Below are positions 60,172-64,000 of a DNA stretch of 64,000 nucleotides, one piece after another. The stretch spans positions 800,001 through 864,000 of the forward strand of contig CAVZVA010000010.1 in assembly GCA_963778655.1 (NCBI GenBank), read 5' to 3'. The position numbers were made by a program, and so were the translations under genes. The notes under the pieces were generated by a model. That model saw only the letters and a program-made list of their open reading frames with translations. It did no database searches and had not been told where the DNA came from. This DNA comes from an uncultured delta proteobacterium. GTDB lineage: Bacteria; Myxococcota_A; Polyangia; Polyangiales; JAFGIB01. Positions within the stretch are counted from its first letter, which is position 1. Every line of letters starts with the position of its first letter.

Positions 60172-60930
60172 ATGCCCGAAGCCGAGCTGCACAGGTGGTT
60201 GGTTGGGCTCGTGATCGCGCTCGCCGCGCTCACGCTGGTCGTGCTGCTGCGCGTGTCGGCGCCGTACGGCCGCCATGCGCGGCCCGGCTGGGGACCCTCG
60301 CTGCCCAACCGGCTGGCGTGGATCGTAATGGAGACCCCCGCCGTGCTGCTGTTCCTGGCGGTCTACTGCCAGGGGCGCCACGCCAGCGAGCGCGCGCCGC
60401 TGCTGATGCTGGCGCTGTGGCAGCTGCACTACCTGCACCGCAGCTACGTGTTTCCGTTCCGCATCCACGCCTCGGGCAAGCGAATGCCGGTGCTGGTGAT
60501 GCTGCTCGGATTCTCGTTCCAGGCGCTCAACGCGTATCTCAACGCGCGTGCCATCTCCGAGCTGTCGAGCTACGGCGCGGCCTGGCTGCGGGGTCCGCGC
60601 TTCGTGGGCGGTGCCGCGCTGTTCCTGGCCGGCTTCGTGGTCAATCTCCGCGCCGACCAGATCCTGATCGCGCTGCGTGCGCCCGGCGAGCACGGCTACC
60701 GTATTCCGCAGGGCGCGCTGTATCGCTTCGTGTCCAGCCCGAACTACCTCGGCGAGCTGGTCGAGTGGAGCGGCTGGGCCGTGCTGACCTGGTCGGGCGC
60801 GGGGCTGGCGTTCGCGCTCTACACCGCGGCCAACCTGATCCCGCGTGCGCTGCACCACCAGCGCTGGTATCGCGCCCAGTTCGCCGATTACCCGCCCGAG
60901 CGCCGCGCCATCCTGCCGTTTCTGTTGTAG
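60172..60930 (+). CDS. 3-oxo-5-alpha-steroid 4-dehydrogenase (steroid 5-alpha-reductase family)
   Basis: APYGRH, AWIVMETPA, HYLHRS, YRIPQG, SPNYLGELVEW, NLIPRA, YPPERRAILPF. Confidence 0.9.
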   Translation: MPEAELHRWLVGLVIALAALTLVVLLRVSAPYGRHARPGWGPSLPNRLAWIVMETPAVLLFLAVYCQGRHASERAPLLMLALWQLHYLHRSYVFPFRIHASGKRMPVLVMLLGFSFQALNAYLNARAISELSSYGAAWLRGPRFVGGAALFLAGFVVNLRADQILIALRAPGEHGYRIPQGALYRFVSSPNYLGELVEWSGWAVLTWSGAGLAFALYTAANLIPRALHHQRWYRAQFADYPPERRAILPFLL

Positions 60931-61025
60931 GTTTCGGCGCGTGCCGGGACCCCGCTTGACAGGGGCGGCGCGATGGCCAAGTTGGGTGCCGGCGGCCGTG
61001 CGCGCGGCCGCCCACAGGAGGCGGC

Positions 61026-62948
61026 ATGAGCGGCGAAGCGGGCGCAAAGACGCATAAATTCAAGGCCGAGGTGAGCCAGGTCCTGCACCTGGTGGTCAAC
61101 TCACTCTACAGCAACAAGGACATCTTCCTGCGCGAGCTGGTGTCCAACGCCTCGGACGCGCTCGACAAGCTGCGCTTCCAGTCGCTGCAAAAGCCGGCGC
61201 TGCTGCCCAAGGGCCACGAGCCCAAGATCCGCCTGATCCCGGACCGCGCGGCGCACACGCTGACCATCTGGGACAACGGCATCGGCATGAGCGAGGCCGC
61301 GCTGCAGAAGGATCTCGGCACGGTCGCGCACTCGGGTACGCGCGAGCTCGCCGAGAAGCTCAAGCAGCAGGGCGACCAGGCCAAGGACAAGGCCGACGTC
61401 AACCTGATCGGCCAGTTCGGGGTGGGCTTCTACAGCGGGTATCTGGTTGCCGATCGCATCGAGGTGGTGAGTCGCGCCGCCGGCAGCGACAAGGCGTACC
61501 GCTGGGCGTCCGACGGCAAGGCGAGCTTCAGCATCGAGCCGGCCGAGCGCGACGAAATCGGCACCTCGGTGGTCCTGCACCTCACCAAGGAGCACGAGGA
61601 CCTGTGCGAAGAGTGGAAGCTGCGCGACCTGGTGCGCCGCTACTCGGACTTCATCCAGCACACGATCGAGCTCGAGGTCACGCGCAAGCAGGACGACGAG
61701 GAGAAGCAGGTCTTCGAGGCCGTCAACCAGGCCAGCGCGCTGTGGATGCGGCCCAAGAAGGACATCACCGACGCGCAGTACGACGAGCTGTACAAGCACC
61801 TCACCCACGACTGGGAGCCGCCGCTCGCGAAGACCCACTTCCAGGTCGAGGGCACGCAGCAGTTCACGGGCCTGTTGTTCATCCCCAAGCGGCCGCCGCT
61901 CGACATGCTCTCGAGCGAAACCCAGCACGGCGTGCGGCTGTACGTGCGGCGGGTCTTCATCATGGACAACTGCGAGGAGCTGCTGCCGCGCTGGCTGCGC
62001 TTCGTGCGCGGCGTGATCGACTCCGACGACCTGCCGCTCAACGTCTCGCGCGAGCTGCTGCAGGACTCGGCGATCGTGCGCACGATCAAGAAGCAGGTGA
62101 TCAGGCGCGTGCTCGACGTGCTCCTGGAGCTCGCGGAGCAGCGGCCCGAGGAGTACCTGGAGTTCTGGCGCAAGCTCGGGCCCGTGCTCAAGGAGGGCCT
62201 GCACTTCGACCCGAGCTACAAGGACAAGCTGGCCAAGCTGCTGCGCTACGAGACCAGCAAAGGCGAGGGTCTGGTCTCGCTCGCGCAGTACGTCGCGCGC
62301 ATGCCCGAGGGCCAGCGCCGCATCTTCTACGCGATCGGCCCCTCCAAGGCGATGCTCGAGCACAGCCCGCAGCTCGAGGGGTTGCGCCAGCGCGGCTACG
62401 AGGTGCTGTTCATGACCGACGGGGTCGACCAGTGGGCGGTCGAGGGCCTTTCCGACTACGACGACAAGCCGCTGGCGAACGCGATGGAGGCCGACCTCGA
62501 GCTGGACGGCGAGCCCGGGGCGGAGGGCGAGCCAAAGGACGGCGAGCAAGCCAAGAAGGCGGACGCCGGCGAGCTCACGGCGCTGATGCAGCGCTGCACG
62601 GAAATCCTGAGCGAGCACGTCAGCGAGGTGCGGGTGTCCACGCGCCTGACCGACTCGCCGGTGTGTTTGGTGGTGCCCAAGGGCGGGCTACCCGCGCACG
62701 TCGAGCGCATGCTGCGCGCCTACCAGCAGGATCTGCCCGCGCAGAAGCGCATCCTCGAGCTCAACCCCAAGCACCCGCTGGTGCAGCGGCTGGAGAGCGA
62801 ACGCGCGCGCGACGCGCAGTCCGACAGGCTCAAGGAATGGGTCGAGATGCTCTACGACCAGGCGCTGCTGACCGAGGGCAGCCCGCTGCCCGACCCGGCG
62901 CGCTTCGCGGCGCGGGTGGCCAGCCTCATGCAGGGCTCGGCGGGGTAG
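61026..62948 (+). CDS. htpG: Molecular chaperone HtpG (Hsp90)
   Basis: [45 protein letters not shown]. Confidence 0.98.
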
Positions 62949-63531
62949 CGCTCGACCGACCGGCGTCGCGCGTGTTCTTGGCGGCCAGCTCGTGCAGGCC
63001 GCGCGGGGCGGTGGCGAGGCCTTCGCGTGGCAGGCCCAGCCGCTGCCGCAGCTCGCTCACGCTGAGCGCCAGCAGCGCCTCGTAGCTCAGGCGATCGTCG
63101 TTGAACAGCGAGCGCGCGCGGCCCGAGGCGCGCCACGCCCTCAGCGTGCGGCGCGGCGCCAGCAGCAGCCCGAGCAGCGCGCCCGAGACCACGATCGAGC
63201 CGACGTAGAGCCCGAGCGCGCGCAACCCGCGGCGCGCCTCCCAAGCCGAGATCTCGGCTTCGCCGGCGTGGTCGGTGCCGTAGCCGGTGGCCACGTGGTG
63301 CAGGTCGTGCAGCCGGATTGCCCAAGCGTGACGCGGCGTGTTCGGCACGCTCAAGGCGATCCCGAACAGCGAGGCCTCGGTGCGGGGCGCCTCGTAGCCC
63401 GCGAGCGTGAAGCCGTTTTCCGCCAGGTATGCGTCGCGACCCTGCCGAACCGTGAGCTCTGCGGGCAAGGGCCGGGCGAGCGAAAGCGACGCGCCTGCGG
63501 CCGGCGATGCGTCTGGATCCGAGCGCAGCAT
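62926..63531 (-). CDS. Hypothetical protein with Coq4-like HDxxH metal-binding motif
   Basis: LHDLHHVATGYGTDHAGEAEISAWE. Confidence 0.7.
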   Translation of the reverse strand: MLRSDPDASPAAGASLSLARPLPAELTVRQGRDAYLAENGFTLAGYEAPRTEASLFGIALSVPNTPRHAWAIRLHDLHHVATGYGTDHAGEAEISAWEARRGLRALGLYVGSIVVSGALLGLLLAPRRTLRAWRASGRARSLFNDDRLSYEALLALSVSELRQRLGLPREGLATAPRGLHELAAKNTRDAGRSSATPPSPA

Positions 63532-63640
63532 GCTGGCACCTCCTGTCTAAGCCCCTGCTGTAGGGGCGTTCGTCACCCTGCGCAAGGGCGCGCGGCAGTG
63601 GAGCAGGTGGGGCCGCCGCCAGGCGCGGCGCACACCAGCG

Positions 63641-64000
63641 CTACATCACGTGCGACGGCGGCAAGGGGGGAATGTCCTTGCAGCCGAATTCGAAGGTGAG
63701 CTTGCTGAAGGTTCCGCCCATGGCGCTGGTGCACAGCCCGCCGACCAGCTCCACGTGCGAGCCGTCTGCGCTGATGGTCCAGCCGCCGGAGCTGCCCAGG
63801 TCGTGCGGCACGCTCTCGGGTATCCCCGGGTTGGCGGTCTCTTCCACCACCAGCTGCAGCTTGTCGGGTGTGCTGGTCGGGGGCATCAGATCGATCGAGC
63901 ACGAGTCGAAGCCCGCCATCACGGTCGAGACCACGATGTCGTGGATCTTCTGCTGGAGCTGCATCTGATCGGTGGGTGTCAAGTACTGCATGGTGCCGCC
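63641..64000 (-). CDS. C-terminal part of a secreted myxobacterial protein, probably vWA-domain type (runs off the window end)
   Basis: SCSIDL..PDKLQLV...VPHD...GW...VELVGGLC...FEFGC resembles the tail of myxobacterial vWA lipoproteins. Confidence 0.55.
   Translation of the reverse strand, partial: GGTMQYLTPTDQMQLQQKIHDIVVSTVMAGFDSCSIDLMPPTSTPDKLQLVVEETANPGIPESVPHDLGSSGGWTISADGSHVELVGGLCTSAMGGTFSKLTFEFGCKDIPPLPPSHVM

Overview
High-GC chromosomal window, very probably from a myxobacterium (Myxococcota, Polyangiales-like). This is inferred from a TIGR02266 PilZ-like/PEGA protein, paired PilT paralogues, a Ser/Thr kinase and Cys-rich lipoproteins. The flanks are mostly housekeeping: aroE, xseA, folK, rhomboid, DinG helicase, MoxR/DUF58/transglutaminase, rpe, dapF, pilT, hppD-hmgA-fahA and htpG. 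The accessory region at about 20.8-41.5 kb is the interesting part. It holds a candidate uncharacterised RiPP-type system: an HPr-kinase-like P-loop protein, a PqqD/RRE, a radical SAM/SPASM enzyme and a 1613-aa Ig-like/FG-GAP lipoprotein. These are followed by an unannotated 51-aa precursor-like peptide (28485-28640; YEPPRV leader motif, ACSRSDSTCGPIDTYS tail) and an S24/S26 peptidase. Next come a GT4 glycosyltransferase that seems to carry its own C-terminal RRE, a methyltransferase and three GT-C membrane glycosyltransferases. The distal end is a mosaic of 5'-truncated gene fragments (three alternative 3' ends of one GT-C gene, two vapC 3' ends), most abutting a ~50-bp repeated motif, interspersed with toxin-antitoxin modules. 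I also see a 171-bp MITE, two families of dispersed palindromic repeats and a decayed RAYT transposase. All family assignments come from motif recognition by eye, with no database search, and several start codons are uncertain.
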